From contig CM068747.1 of NCBI GenBank assembly GCA_035084275.1, positions 22,320,001 to 22,384,000 of the forward strand: 64,000 nucleotides of DNA. Reading direction: 5' to 3'. The notes under the pieces were generated by a model. That model was not told the origin of the DNA, ran no database searches, and saw nothing but the letters and a program-made list of their open reading frames with translations. Of the stretch, positions 36,256-51,240 are shown piece after piece (the stretch's first letter is position 1; every line of letters begins with the position of its first letter). Both the position numbers and the translations under genes were made by a program. This stretch comes from Hydrolagus colliei (Eukaryota).

Positions 36256-39049
36256 TGAAGTGATAGAGGGATGATCGGATGGCTGTTCTGGATGGATGAG
36301 ATCTAATGGACCAAAGCAGCTTCTTCATCTAGACCAACCTTGTGAGCTTATCTTTCAACTCCTTTTGTCCATTTTAGGAGAGAGAAGCTTTTCTTCTGAT
36401 GAGCAGGTGTAGCTGCAAAAAAAAGTCAAAGCACTAGAATTTGACAGGCCACATAATCAATGCATTTTTCAAGTTGTAGTCAGAAGGAGAACAACACGTG
36501 GGGGTGTATATAATATTGTATATGTGCATCAGGTGTTCATCAGAGAGGTCAGATCTTGATATGTGTATAAAATGATTTCACTATTTTCCTACAATGTTTC
36601 CAAACTTTAAAATCTATCACTAAAGTTTCTTCTTCTGTTACGTATCTTACCCTCTATTTTATAGACGTGGGTGAAAACTGGTTTTGCACATGGGTTAACA
36701 GTGTAAAATTGGCAGGGCAGTGACATAGTTGCGACTAAGTCTTGACTAAGGCAATGTTCTTTTCTTGAAAGAACACCAAGGGCTAATAGAAAAAAATTGA
36801 ACAAAAATAACCATTCTCTTATTAGAACACGATATGTGTATGGTTCCCAAAGTCAGTTTTATCGGAAGCTGCTCTGTTTGTGTAGGTAGGTTAGCATTGA
36901 ATTCATCATGTGCTCGCATCAATTTTTTTAAAAAGTCCCTTACCACTGACATAACTCACTGTAGGTGCTGTGTATTTTTTTTAAGAAGCTACAGTTTTGT
37001 TCATTTTTGTGAAATGGCATTCGTTTAATAATACAGAAACACACAGTTCATTGCCAGAAGAGAAAACCACCTACTTATCTCTGTGAATGCTTAAACCAAT
37101 AAAGGAGAGTAGTTTAAGGAAATAAGCTATGCAATTTAAATTACCTCAGAAAGAAAACAAGCAGAATAAAATTTTCGTCTCAAAATATTTCCATATAGGT
37201 TTATAAAAGCTTCTTGGCTCACAAACCTCCACATTAGTTTAATGACGGGAAGGAAAGGTAGGCGATCTCTCTTGCATTTGTTCCCTTTACCATTGACTCC
37301 AACTCGGTAATGAAACTGAATACATCACATTGTCAGTTGCAAAGTTGTTTTTGGAATTGCTCTGCAAGCTGGCAGTAAGTCTGTAAAGACAATGAAGTTT
37401 AAAAACCTAAAGATATATGTTTGAATTTTTTTTAAAAAGGAGTAAAGTTTGAGGTAAAACATATGATGATCAAACATCTCTGACCAACTCTCTACAGCAG
37501 TTATGAAATGCCACAGATGCTGCTTCTAAACCTACAACAAAAATCCCTGCAAAATTTCCAGTTCCCAAACTTAGTCTTCGTACACATAACTTACACCAAG
37601 TTGAGTAATGTAGTGTTCTTCGCCCCCATGTTTCTCTCCCTCTCCCCACCCCCCCACCCCTAACCCCCACCTACACACATCCTATTTGTGCTTTGCAGTT
37701 TAATTATGAGTCATGAGTTACGACCAAAACACTTTAAGCACAAACAGCGTACATTGATGTCTGCACAGGAAATCAGGGCCTGTGGGCTAGAAATCCAAAA
37801 CAGAGGGACAAGACAGGCTCACAATACTCAATATAAATCAGTCCTGTGTGGAGCTATAAATGAAAAGCAGCAGTTTGTGAAAGGTGTAAATGTGATATTT
37901 GAAGAGGGCAGAATAAATAAATGACCAAACTGCTTGTTCCTGATGAGAGAAAATGACTAGAATTTTAACACATAGGCATTTTTTAAAATTGAAAGCCGTT
38001 TGCAGCTTTGTCCCCTAAAAATCTTTGTACCCACCTTCCTCCTTGTTTATCATAGCAATGTTGATCATTTTCTATTCGTTTTATGCACCCTCTCACACTA
38101 TGTTTGCTATCAAAGTACAAATTTTTAGGTGGTAAAGAATGAGACTGCTTTGAGTATTGGATTACTAAATCTCCTAATTGTCAGCAAGGGAAGTTACAAG
38201 GAGAAGCAACTAAGACTGTTCTTCTCCTCTGAGTCCAGGGATATCTTGAGAGAAGCTCACTGGGCAGTGTCAAACGATTCAAGGAGGAAACCCTGTGTCT
38301 AAAATGTATCGGATATTTGCTGAAAGTACTGTGTCTAAGTTTACACTTGGCCATAGCCTTATGACCATTGCCTTAACATGTAATTCCTCCTGCTTCAAGT
38401 GAGCTTGAAGGCCCAATTCCCACAAGTCTACCATAGAGCACAAAGACGTTTTGCCAACAGACTATGAATTGTGCAGATGGATGCAAATATTCTATTTGTC
38501 AGCTTCTTGTTCTCAAAAGAAAATCTTCTGATTTGAACTTTCAGCTTCCAACTTTCAGCACCTTGGGGTGTCCTCCCAACATAAAAGGCGCTATACAAAT
38601 GTCATTTGTTGTTGCTGTTATTGTTGAATTTAATGATATAGAGTGTCACCAAATGACAAGATGCCAATGTGACAACTTGACACTAAGTCTTTCCTTAGTT
38701 TTCCTAAGAGGATGGTGGCAGCTCAGCTGAGCTATCCAGAGCAAGGAGTGACACAGCGATACCATCCATTAGTTAGATTAGTTTTTTTCTTCTGAATGTT
38801 CATTGTGCTGCATATTTGCTTGAAGAAATTGTATCCAATGATTTTATATACTTTTGCTTGTGTTTCAAACCTTTGCCATCTCATTAAAATGATACAGAGG
38901 ATCTACAGCACTAAAGTGTACGATTGAATCCCATGAATGCTCGGTTTAAAAACTATCTTGACTATTTGCATTCAGCTTTTCTCAAGGAGTGAAGTCACCA
39001 GTGTTTGACTTATCTTCGGATGAAGGGAAAACTAGCTGGGAGGGGATAC

Positions 39050-39540
39050 ATATGTGCAAAGGAAGTTTACTAGAATGGTACCAGGATTGAGGGACTTCAG
39101 TTATGGGGAAAGACTAGATAGGCTAGGTTTATTCTCTTTGGAACAGAGAAGGTTGACAGGAAACCTAATAGAGGTTTATAAAATCATGAGGGGATTCGAC
39201 AGGCTGAATAAGGAAAAACTGTTTCCACTGGTGGGCGAATCTGTGACTCGTGGGCACAGATTTAAAATAGTTTCAAAACGAAGCAGAGGGGAGCTGAGGA
39301 GAAATTTGTTCACTCAGCAGGTTATTCGAATCTGGAATGCATTGCCTGAAAAGGTGGTGGAGGCCAATTTGATAACCGCTTTTAAAAGAGAATTAGATCT
39401 TTATTTAGGGAGAACAGGTCTGTTAGGTTATGGGGAGAGAGCGGGGCGGTGGGATTGAGTTGCTCTTTTCAAAGAGCCGGCACAGTCTAGATGGACCGAA
39501 TGGCCTTCTTCTGTGCTGTAAAATTCTATGATTCTATGAT
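39050..39540 (+). mobile_element. CR1 LINE 3' fragment
   Basis: QRKFTRMVPGL...LFSLEQRRL...TRGHRFK...WNALPEKVVEA is the CR1 ORF2 C-terminus. Ends in attctatgattctatga. Confidence 0.93.
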
Positions 39541-42500
39541 ATCGCAGCACCTAAGCACACTGACCCAGATCAGCCTGAACTGCATTCAAGCAGAGATTTG
39601 TGAGCACTTTCCTAATCAAGAAGGATAACATTGCTCCACAGCGCGCACTCACAGAAGAAGAAAAGTTGGGGCAAAGTTCTAAAAATCTGAGCCAAATCTC
39701 TGGAGAATTGTATGCTGATCATGAAATAACAATCTTCCCTTAATCCCAAATATGTTCCTAAATTGCTAAACAAATAACCCCCAGGAGAACAAATCTAGTT
39801 GTGTATAAACTCAGGAGTTTGTAGCCAGGTACATGCTGTACAGTGTTTGATGTGCTTAAGTTGAATAGCCAAATCGCCTCTAATGTTAATTGATGTAACT
39901 GTAAAATTAAATCAGATAAGGATAGTCTTACTGAGCTATAGTTATTTAACCACTTTTAAAAGCGCTACAAAATCTCAAACTTTTGGAATAACTTGTTATG
40001 TTTTTATTAAGTATGCTAGGCGACAACTTTCATCAATACAAAAGATTTAAAACGTTGTCAGAAGCAAATTTGATCAAAATCTGTTCAATTAATTACATTT
40101 TTATCTTTCTGTATTGGGTCAGTTACAAATACAATATGGAGTACTGCATTGAGCTCCTGATTACTGTAAAGTTCTTGTTCTCATTTCTGCATGAACAACC
40201 CAGGATGTTATTATCAGCATTTCACCAGGGCATTGTGCAATTCACAATCAGTTTGTGATATTTATTGGTAAATCAACATTTTAAAAAAAATCCAGTATGC
40301 TTAGAAAGCTAATGGTGCACTTATTCAATTATTCATAATGCAGGTAAATAACAAATTGTTTTGTTTTGATTTAGGAAGATATTTCTTTAATTTTTTTTAA
40401 AAACAGAAAAATTGCTAAACCAGGTTATCGCAAGTTGTTGGATGCGAGTAAATTGTTTATTCAGGGTAACATTATTGAAGGTTACACAACTCCTCAATCA
40501 TAACAGTTTCGCTGACACAAGTGACAATGCTTGTTGTAATAAAAAGATTGCAGTAATTAATTAAGGTTTGCTATGTTTTTTGCAAAGTCCCAATGTACAT
40601 ACTTTTTGTCCTAAACAACATGTAAACAGATGAAGGCAGGAAACGGTTCAGTGGTAATTTCTATCTGAAATGTTTTTTAAATCTTGTTTGAATCTTATGT
40701 AAATGTTATTGTTAAAATGAATTATAAATATTTTCTGAGACCATCAAGGAAGATTTAAAGGACACATATTAGCCTTGTAAATAGTAAATAATCTTTCATA
40801 GTATTGTACAGTACTATAAAGGGAAAACTTTCACCCACAAAATATACCATCAATTCACTTTACAATATATTCTGTGAAGCGCTTTGAGATGTCCCGAAGA
40901 CGTGATAAGGCATTATATCAAATGCAAGAATTATTTTATTATTATTATGTATGATCTATCAAACCTTACAATTTTGGGATGGTGGAATATGATGAATTCT
41001 AAGCTAATATCTCAATGTGGTACTGAGGGGGAGCTACATTTGTTAGAATTGCTGTCTTACCTGTGAGATATCATCTTGATCTGATTGTCTCGTGTGGATG
41101 TTAAGGTCCAGTAACATTATTTGAAGCACAGCAATTTATTCTGATTTACCGGCCAAATTCATTAAATAGATCCCTCGGCATTGCTTTTTGCTGATAAGCT
41201 CCCGCCTTTACCTGCTGCAAAATCACACAACTTCAAAAAGTTACCCATTGGAATCACTCATGTGCAAATTACTGAAAGGTAGCGCTTGTTACTGATTAAC
41301 AATCGGACTCTGGAAAGACCCCATTGAGTTGAAGCAGGTTGAGGTGTTTCAAAGTGAACAGGAATTGCAAAATGACATTAATTGGATTAATCCAGAATTC
41401 TACTGTGTTGATACAAATAAAAAAAAATGCCGGACTGTTTCTGTAAAACATTTGTTCTACTTTCTGCACATTGAAGAAGTTTCATTAAAAAAAATCCAAC
41501 CTGTTGCAAACTGTTAACTTCAGGTCTGATAATAAGGAACAATCTAAAGTCCTTCCGTGTGATATATATCGCTGTGAGCATATTGGCAGCGTCATTTGCC
41601 TCAATCCAATAAATTGTTGTTGTTGCCAACAAATGCACTGGCAGTACACTATACTGTACTGAAAGTTTGTGGAGTACTTTGAGATTTTCTCAACGTTATT
41701 GGTCCTATATCAGATGCAAGGTTATGTTCCGATGAGACATTCAAGTGATGTTCCATCTCCCTGAATTTACGATCCGGTGACATTATCCAAAAGGAGAATA
41801 GAGTTTCTCCCAGAGGCGAATGATCCTCCTGATTAATTAACCATTTGTTTCATGCTGTTTGCCTGAGTTTACTGAGGGGAAATAACTGCTGTGTTTGCTA
41901 CAGAAACAGTTGTCATGAATTAACTTTGAGCTGCTTATTGCCACAAGATGTGATCTTGTCTCAAATATTAAAATTAGCGTTTTATTTCCTCAAGGATTTG
42001 ACACGTGGAATCTGTCGCATTAAAGCAGATTGAAATTTAAACCGGTTGAAATTCAGCTGTTTAAATCCGAAATCAATTTGCCTCAATTGTTCAAAAATTG
42101 CAAGTTGAATTCACGTGCTCTTGTTAACTTGGATTAGAAAAAAAAATCCTACATTTTTAGTGACAAACAATTTATATAAGTAAAGACTGGGGATGTTGAA
42201 TGTGTGCTGCGGTTAAAAGTATAGTTACAAGATATTTAGAGGGTAGTATGATCTATGAATAACTGGACTGGGTACAGTGCATTTTGATGCAGAGCTGAAT
42301 CTCCTCTGTCGTGTTTATTTACACAGTGTAGAACTAAAGTATTAGTTTCTTATTAAGATAAACAAAGCTCTTTTATGCCTTGATTATATTTATTCTCTTT
42401 TAATGTCATTATATTGTAATAACTGCAGTCGCTTGTTTTAATAATCGTAAGCCAGACATAAATTATTCTTCTTGTGCTAAAAGTTGACACTGCTATTTTA

Positions 42501-45500
42501 CTGTACTGTGGAAATATTTGCTGAAATTGTCACAAGGGCAACAAAAATATTAATGCCATATAAATGAAAACAAGTAAGCTCATTAGCAGAACCTCGGCAG
42601 GAATGAAAACTATTCCAACCTCTATTATAGAAAGGATAATTCTGTCGCACTTTAGCAGCATTGAAATAAACCGCTCTAGTTGTTACAATATTACTATAGA
42701 AAAGGAAACTCAATGTAGTTCAGGTACAAGCTAATTTTGCTCACGTAGGTTTAACACAGCGGGAAAGCTGAGCAAATTCTGTCCGTGCCGAATTTTGGGT
42801 CCGAATCACTGACTGTCCAGTATCTTGGGACGTCCTCCTGACGTGGAAGGCGCTATACAATTCTAACTCGTTGTTGTTGCCGCCTGAGATGGAAAACTGG
42901 CCATCAAGGCTGCACAAGCTGTGATATTGTTTCGTTGGGTAAGCAGCCACCCGCCAGGGCATAGCCCTGACATTTTAAACCTGAAAGTAACATTCCAATC
43001 AGCAGGATTAATGTCACGTGAACCAAATCGCTGGCATAGTCCCACTGTGATTTGCTCTTGAGAGAAACAGTGCGTTCTTTTCAAGGTTAAAGCATGTCTT
43101 TATTGTAAATAGGATGAAGTAAAACTAAAATGTCAATATACTGTGGTTGAATTGGTACCTGTAACTGAATTGCCATCATGACTGTTTTCAATTTATTATT
43201 TTGCTGCCAACTGCTTCAAATTCTGAGTGTGTCAACTGTGTTGATTTTATTGGAAGAATCCATTGAGTGGAAATACCACTTGGATGTAAGTAACTTGTTA
43301 AATTCTTCAATAGAGCTTTTAATTTGAAAGCCTTTTTTGGGGGGAATTTTGTAAGTTACAGAAATTGGGCTTCAAAGTTGAAAGTAAATTTACCAATTTG
43401 CCAAACTCCGCACATTCTGAAATGATAGGTCAATATAATAAATCTAGATCCAGGTCAAATGTTTTTGTTACCCACATTTTGGTACAGAAACCTCGCGATC
43501 GTGAACAGAGATACACAGAGTTGCCGTGAATTGTATTTTTAAGATTTGATTTAAAAACTGATTTGTGGCACCTTGGAACTGTTGAAGGGTTCCTGTCTGT
43601 GGTGTTGGGGTTATTTACTAGATGTTGCATTCTATAATCCTTTCACAATGTCATGCTGCAATTCTTAAAAGCCTCACAATGGGCTTGGGAACACGGACAA
43701 AATAATTCTGCTTATCAGTGGTTCAAGGTTGCAGCTCCTCCACAAGTACATAGAAGTTATTCGTGAATTACAGGCCAACACATTTATTGGATTTAGTTGG
43801 AGAAGATTATTATTCCAAATCTGCTGACAGCCATGAAATATTATTTAGTACATGAGAGAATCATCTTAGTCCAATAGCACCAATTTCTTTGATGTTTAGG
43901 AGGCACTTGCTAAAGTACTTTTGCTTCATGCAATGGTATTTGGGTCCCGATCCCTGACTGTTCAGCGCCTTGGGACGTCCTCCCGACATGAAAGGCGCTC
44001 GATAAATGTAATGTTGTTGTTGTATTTGATCTGATGGATTCTGCAGAGCTCTGGGATGCTACCCTGGGTATAGGGTGCTATATAAATGCATGTTTTTGTT
44101 GCTGTACATGTTCAAAGGGAGAAGCACTAAAGAATTGCAGTCACCTAAATCTTTTCAAATGAACCTTACAGGAAATCAAGTTGTTTTAATGCAGTCCTCT
44201 TATTCTTAGGAATTGATTATATCATAATTATCTGCATTTTGCTTTGTTGATGTCTGAATCTCAGTACATATCCTAATACTGTAATGAGGAACAACAATTT
44301 ACGCATCCTAACTCTTCTTGCTCATACCTGAGGTCATATCTGTACATAGACACCTAACTGCCTGATGCCCTGCTAACTAATAATAATGACAACATTAATT
44401 GTATTTATAGTCCCTTTCACGTCAGGAAGGTGTCTCAAAGTAACTCACAGGATTCACTGTAAAGTGTAGTAACTGTGTATTTGAGGTGAACACAGTAGCT
44501 AATTTGAGCAAAGCAATGTGCCACAAACAGCATGAAGTGAACTATAAGTTTGGCGAATTGTTGGGCAGAACTTATTAACTATTGAGCCATCGGTATAAAC
44601 TATACAACTGAATTATCTTAAAAATAACCTCTTAAAAATTGCAGTGGCTAACTGTCAACCAGCAACAACAACAAAATTACACTTGTATTGTGCCCTTCAC
44701 GTCATGAGGACGTCCGAACATCCCACCGAGATTCTAACCCACAAATGTGTGTTGGGAGCCAAACTAAAGCATAGATTGGGTGATTCAGCCCAGGTTATGC
44801 CAACCAACAGGGTCTTTAACAGTGATTATTAACTGTGATAAATTGATGTTCAATTTATGGGCTAGGCATCATCTTAAACAGCAGTGATAGATTAGGATCA
44901 TAACATACTGCTTTTATTGCAAGTAATGTGATCCCTGTTAAAAAAAAAGTGAATGACGTATTCTGCTTTTATAAAGTTATTTGCGATTTGAACAGCACTG
45001 ACTGGCATGCATACACGTCAAATTGGGTCATTATAGTATTATTATAACCACATGTGAAAACAAACTTGGTTCTGAGAAAAAATGTAAGTGTTTAAGATGT
45101 ACTGAAAAACAAATTTGAGTTTTCCTTGAGATGCTTTGTGATTGCAGTTACCCAGAGGGACAGTGGGATTCTTGTAAGGAAGGAAATGTGTCAAAAGGTT
45201 TACACGTGTTCCCTGAACGGCGTGGGGTATAAATAAGACAACACGGTCTGGGAGTTGCCCTTCAAACCCAGTTGTTAGCCTGATCCCAGCCATAGTTCTA
45301 GTGATTCCTGGGCTTGGACAAGAGAAAGTCAACCACATTTCCTCACTCTCTTTTCACCGTCCAGTGATTGTTTTGATCGGTGATTCCTGTGTGTTGTGCG
45401 CAGACATTGATTGAAGATAAGACTGGGCCCAGCTGTAATATTATCCTCACTCATTAACATTTGCTGTGTGTGTGTTCGGTAGGATGAGGTGCCAATCTAT

Positions 45501-48500
45501 ATGGAAATGTACCTCAGCATGAATCACAAGCTCCCAGACCAGAGCGGAAGGGGTGATGGACGGAGAAGCAGAAATTGGTGTAAATTACTAAAAGATGTGG
45601 AATATAGAAACCTATATTGTGTGGTCATAATGAGCACATCTGTCTTTTGCCAGATTGTTGAAGAGATTCATTGAAGTACACGATGATATCTTACAACTGT
45701 CAGGATTGCAAACCCTAAGTTTTCAACAGCAACAACCAATTACATTTGTATAGCACCTTTCATGTCAGGAGGACATCCCATAGTGGTGGATTCAATTACT
45801 GTTCAATTGAAATTGGTGGACTCAAATCATGTTTGTATTTCTGTAACAAAGATAATCATATGAGAAGACGTGAAAAGTGCTATATCAAACGCAAGGATTA
45901 TTATTATTTTTGGTATTATATAAGTATATTATTTTTCCATTATTGGAAATGGAACAGAATAGAAAATTGAAAGCCACGGTACCCATGGCAAAAATATGAA
46001 TTCCAAATGCAGTCAAATTGAACAATGATCATTTATTTGATTTATAACCTCTCAGTAATGTTATTTACCTTAGAACGTCCTCCTGACGTGAAAGGTGCTA
46101 TACAAGTGGAATTTTATTGCTGTTGTTGTTGTTCGTGACCTATCTATATTCTGCCAAGTAATGCATCTGTCAAATAGATGCTTTTCTGTTACAGCCTGGG
46201 GAGAGATTTTTCTTTACAATTGCTTGAACATAGACGAGAATTGATAAAGAATCAAAATGTGGTGTGTATTAATGGAAATTTTCACAAAGTCAGATGAGGG
46301 AATAATGAAGTGTAACAGGCATAAATAAAATGAAATGAAAAGTTTATCAATCATTCTTTCCTTGACGGGATGAATGATGCAAATAATCTTGACGATCAGA
46401 ACCATCCTTTAAAAGATGACATCTGGGTGAATCTATTACAGGGAGAGCAAGATGTCAGATCAATCATCATGATTGATTCAAACTACCACGGGAATCTATG
46501 AACACATGTATAGGCCGGTAAGGTTCGTTTTTTAGAGCAAATCAAGCAATCAAGGGGTAATTTCTTCCCTGACAGTATTATTTTCAACAGTACCAATTTA
46601 CCAACTGAAAGTGCCAATCCAGACCTCCAACCTATTTTGGACAGTAATTGCCATAAATATTACAGCACTGAAGAGAACGCACACAGAGCGAAACATGTTG
46701 GTGCAGTTAATTGATAATCGACAATGGAAAGTTTTTTTTCTCTGTCTGATGAGCTGTTTGACATTTGGTAGAGGAAAAGGATACATTTCTTTTTGCAATA
46801 GCTTTAACATGTAAAGGAATTGATTAGGAATCACAAATAAATATTCACTGAACTTTTTACACAGAGCACAGCTTTCTTGCATGTTTATGCCACATGTAAG
46901 CATGCAGAAGTTATTTAAATCCATTGGGAGACTAAGTAAAGTGCACAGCCTAGGAAAATCGTACTCTAATAAAGGGATCGGACTTGATCAGCCAAATGGT
47001 CTTTGCCCATTTTCTACTTTGTTTTTATGGCTTTCAAAGAAAGGCTATGATCTTGTCAAATATGTAGTAGGCGCTTTGATGTCTCATGGGCAGCATTATT
47101 TGATGGCGGGAATATTTTATTTATACATCAGAGAGAAAGGAATTGTGGCAACGAAGGAACATTACAGCTTCTTTCCTCCAAATTTTCTCCTCCACTTTTC
47201 TTCTCTCTTGAAGGCATTTTCAATTGAGCTGGAGTCTATGCATGCTTACATGTGGCATAAATCAGACAAGCAGTGTCTTTGAATACGCGGGTTTAAATCC
47301 ACAGCAAAGCTGCCTATTATTTGTCCGGTTATATGGCTGCGACGTGGTACAGGCATTAACCTCCCTTTGGCAGAAATTTCGAAGAGACATGCTTGCATTC
47401 AGCAATGTTTTATTCTTCAGTCAGGGTTATGCTATTGCAGTATTAGTAAGAGCTGGTAATGTCCTTGGGAGGATGTGGCTATTTGAGATTTCTCAGACAA
47501 GTAACGAGATCGTCATGCGAGGGTGAAGGGCTCCAGAAACCCCTGGGAAAATACTTCTCATAACCTTTGCTTGATATCATTTCAGGCTGCTTGGAGTCTG
47601 TTGCTTTACTGCACGTTGCATAAATTTTAAAAGCAAAAAAAAAAATGCGTCCGTATAATTTTACGAATGTGGGTTATATTTGTGTCAGAATGCGGTGATT
47701 AACCAGATTAATGCTTTATTTATAGTGGAAATGGGAACCCATTGACCCTTAAAAAGGGGTGACTTTTGGTTCTGAATCCAACAAGAAGCATTTCACGGGT
47801 AACCAACAAAACTGCCTTTTCCCTTTATGTCCAATGCTGAGCTCCCACTCGTTAAAGAAAAGTCTCAAAAACATTGCTGCCCTCCTCCCATCTCTTGTAT
47901 TCCCAATTCCGCTACAGACATTTTGGAGGTTTCAATGGGATTTGCCTTCGTTCTGACTTTATTTTGCATTGCTGTGAAATGGACTTGATTGTAGCAGCAA
48001 AATGTTTGCCTGTGTGTATTCTAGGTGATGCCACATGATATGGTAATATGGACTGTAACCCTTTGCATGCCAATTTTATTTTGTCCTGCTGGTGAAACTA
48101 ATAATAATGATCTCTACATTTGGTATAGTGCCTTATCACAGTGCCTCAAAACACTTTATTAGATTTTATTGATACTCTGGCTGTCAATTAGTCGGCAAAC
48201 TTGCGCACAGCAATGTCATAAAGTGAATGACTAATTTTATTTGAGGCATTGTTGACCAAGACACCAGCCTATGGGGTCATTCTGAATGTTTAGCTGCATT
48301 TTGCTTTGGCTCTGAGGATAAGTAAAATCCAGTATATCAAGAGGCTGTTTGGAAAAATAAAATCTACATTGCACACTGTTTACTATCACTGTTACTACTA
48401 TTTTATTGCTGTGTTTAATTGTGGACAATGAATATTATTTTAAATGTCAATATTATCACTTGGAAATTGTGAGCTGTGCACAGTGTCCTAGCGACGTCAA

Positions 48501-48702
48501 AGCTTGTTGTTCCCTCAACATGAAGTGCGTTGGATAAACAGAATGCGGCCATCGGCTGTGTGTGTTCCAGTAGTTCTCTTACTCTTAAGACCCGCTTTAG
48601 AGTTTCAGAAGTGATGGGGATTTTACAGGGTTGATGGAAAACTCGGAAATTTATACTAACAAAACCTCTGTTGTATTTTTGACTATTGACTAGCTGTTTT
48701 TT

Positions 48703-49090
48703 AACAACAAAAAAAAAATTACATTTATAGAGCGCCTTTCACGTCGGGTGGACATCCCAAGGAGATGAACAGTCAGGCCGGGACTCGAGCAGGGGAGAGT
48801 GGCAGGGTGGTGGGGAGGGGCAGGAGAGAGTTAGGAGGGGAGGGAGAGATTTGGGAGGGCAGCAGAAGGCATGATCGAAGAGGAGTGTTATGAGACTGGC
48901 CTTCAAGGAGACAAGCAAGAAAGTGAGGCGAAGGCTTAAACAATGACTGTCCAGTGCCTTAGGATACCCTCCTGATGTGAAAGGCACTATACGAGTGTAA
49001 TTTTGTTGTTGTTAATGATGAAGGGTCTGTGGGATGGAGTTCCAGAGTGTGGGTGAGGGCAGAGAGGCTGAAAGCCTTCTGGTCGGGTGG
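48703..49090 (-). mobile_element. L2 3' fragment interrupted by an opposite-strand L2 tail (about 48944-49012)
   Basis: Homologous to the reverse complement of 26480-26750. The sequence resumes with gaagggtctgtgggatggagttcc after the inserted tail. Confidence 0.75.
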
Positions 49091-49371
49091 GGGACATGAA
49101 GCAGCCCTTAACTTTAAAAGGCAAAGTTAAGGATTTAAGAGGACATTCATACGTTAAATCATCACGGTTTAAAAAATATGATCTCAAAAATGTTTGACTT
49201 TGAATCTATCGCACGACAGACCAATAGAATGTAAAATTTGCTTTATTCTTCTCTTCCTTCCTTTGCTGAAGGAGCCTACAGCGTGGCTGTGAAAAATGTA
49301 CATCTCTGTATAAAACATATGACAATCAAGTTTCAACCTACAAATAACATCCTAAATCTGTCTCTATTAAC

Positions 49372-49685
49372 AATAATAATAATCCTTACATTTTGATATA
49401 GTGCTTTTCACATCTTATCGACCTCTCAAAGTGCTTCACAGAATGTACTGTAAAGTGAATTGACTGTATGTGGGTGAAAGATGGCAGCCAATTGCGCACA
49501 GCAGTATTCCACAAACAGTCATGCATTGAAATGACCAATTTTTATTATTGCGTTAATTTTTGGAGGGGTTATTATTAGGCATGTGGAGTAAGGAAACTTG
49601 CCCAAGGTTTCGCCCTGATCTGCCTTCGAACACAGGTCTCACGCTTGTAAGGTGAGTGCTCTAACCACTGAGCTACAGGAGCTCC
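49372..49685 (-). mobile_element. tRNA-derived SINE, full length
   Basis: Reverse complement of the 13045/17619 family from head to tail. Confidence 0.9.
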
Positions 49686-51240
49686 ATTATTACTTGTACC
49701 CTAGCTATAAAGTCTGCTTCAACAAGAATGAAGCCATGTTCCTTTGTCCAAGTGCTCCAAATAGTTTTAAAACGCTGATGGCTATCAACAGTTTTGGACA
49801 GCTCAAGTTGTGCAGTCTTGAGGGCCAACTTACTATCTGTGGAGGAATGGGTGTGTGTATCTCCAAGCTACCAGCAGATCTTCCTTCTCAAGGTCACAAG
49901 CAAATTTTGGAGTTGAGTTTCAGTATTTTGAAACAGAGATGCACAAGATGATTTGGACACCCTGCTATTTGGTACTTTGTGCTGAAAAAGGAGTTAAGGT
50001 TAGCAAGCCTCCAGATATTGTTCTCTCCCACTGCTCCCCAACCCAAAGTGGTAGATATACCAAACAGACTCACATCAAAAACAGTTGATGCAATATTGAT
50101 TTAATTTGTACCACTATAACTGGTTAAGTAACTGCTCTAAAACAACATTGTTATGTTTTATTGATTAGCATGTGTTGTGTGGTTCAGTGTGCATGTCTGG
50201 TATTTGGAAAAAGGTTAGTAATTGTTTTATATTCTGGATGGTACACAATGTTTTGCTACATTGATCCATTGATAGACTTTTCCCTACGTTCTATGAACCT
50301 GAAATTTTGATCTTGTTGGCAAGGGATTTTAATGGTGTTAATGACATCTGAGAACACAACGTTTTGACATCTTAAATGTAAACTTGGCTTCTTCCATTTT
50401 GACTTTAATCTGCACCTACCAGATTATTATTTTTGCCACATAAAATAGCACACATTTACACGGGCCCTCAGTGACCCCTATGAAATGACAGTTTCTCGTA
50501 TTAAACCGCAAGTCAAATTAAACTGACATGAAATATTTATTGGATGTGGTCAGATGCTCAAAAACCAGATGTTTAAAAAGTAACAAGATAGATGTGTGTA
50601 GGACACATCGACACGTCTGAGGACGGCTGGGCCAAAGGTACGGTCTTTGTGTTTATGGTTCTACCATCAATGCTGAGTGTCATTTAATGGTTATCTGATG
50701 ACAAGGTGGTTTGCCCTTTAGTGTAGTGGTATTCCATGTGTTTTCAAGGCAATGTGGAACAATTTACAATGGTTTGACCACCTGCTGTATCAGCAATTTG
50801 CTTGGCAAATGTACTGTTCGAACAAGTCCCCTTTGCCTGCCTTCCCACACCCCATGATTGCTGGTCCAGTTGAATTTAATTTTTTTGACATTCTAAACAC
50901 AGTCTGTGTTCAAGGAGACCCCTGCAGCAGCGTGTAAATTGTTCATCTCTAATTTAACACAGTTTGCATCTGGTATGTCTCCTCGTCGGCTTCGCACGCG
51001 GTTTGGAAAAGGTGAAAGCAATTGAAGCTGCGGGATTTCACACGCATAAGGTTCAAATTGTACAAACAATAATCTGCAGCTGAACTGTATCATTGCGGAT
51101 TTACTGTAAAACAATCACGTTCATCATGACATGATGTTGGTGATGTAACTGATGTAGCTCAACAAAAACACATTGTGCTCACCTATAATAGTCCAAATAA
51201 TACAAATAGTTATCCTTGCGTGTATTATAACACCTTTCAT

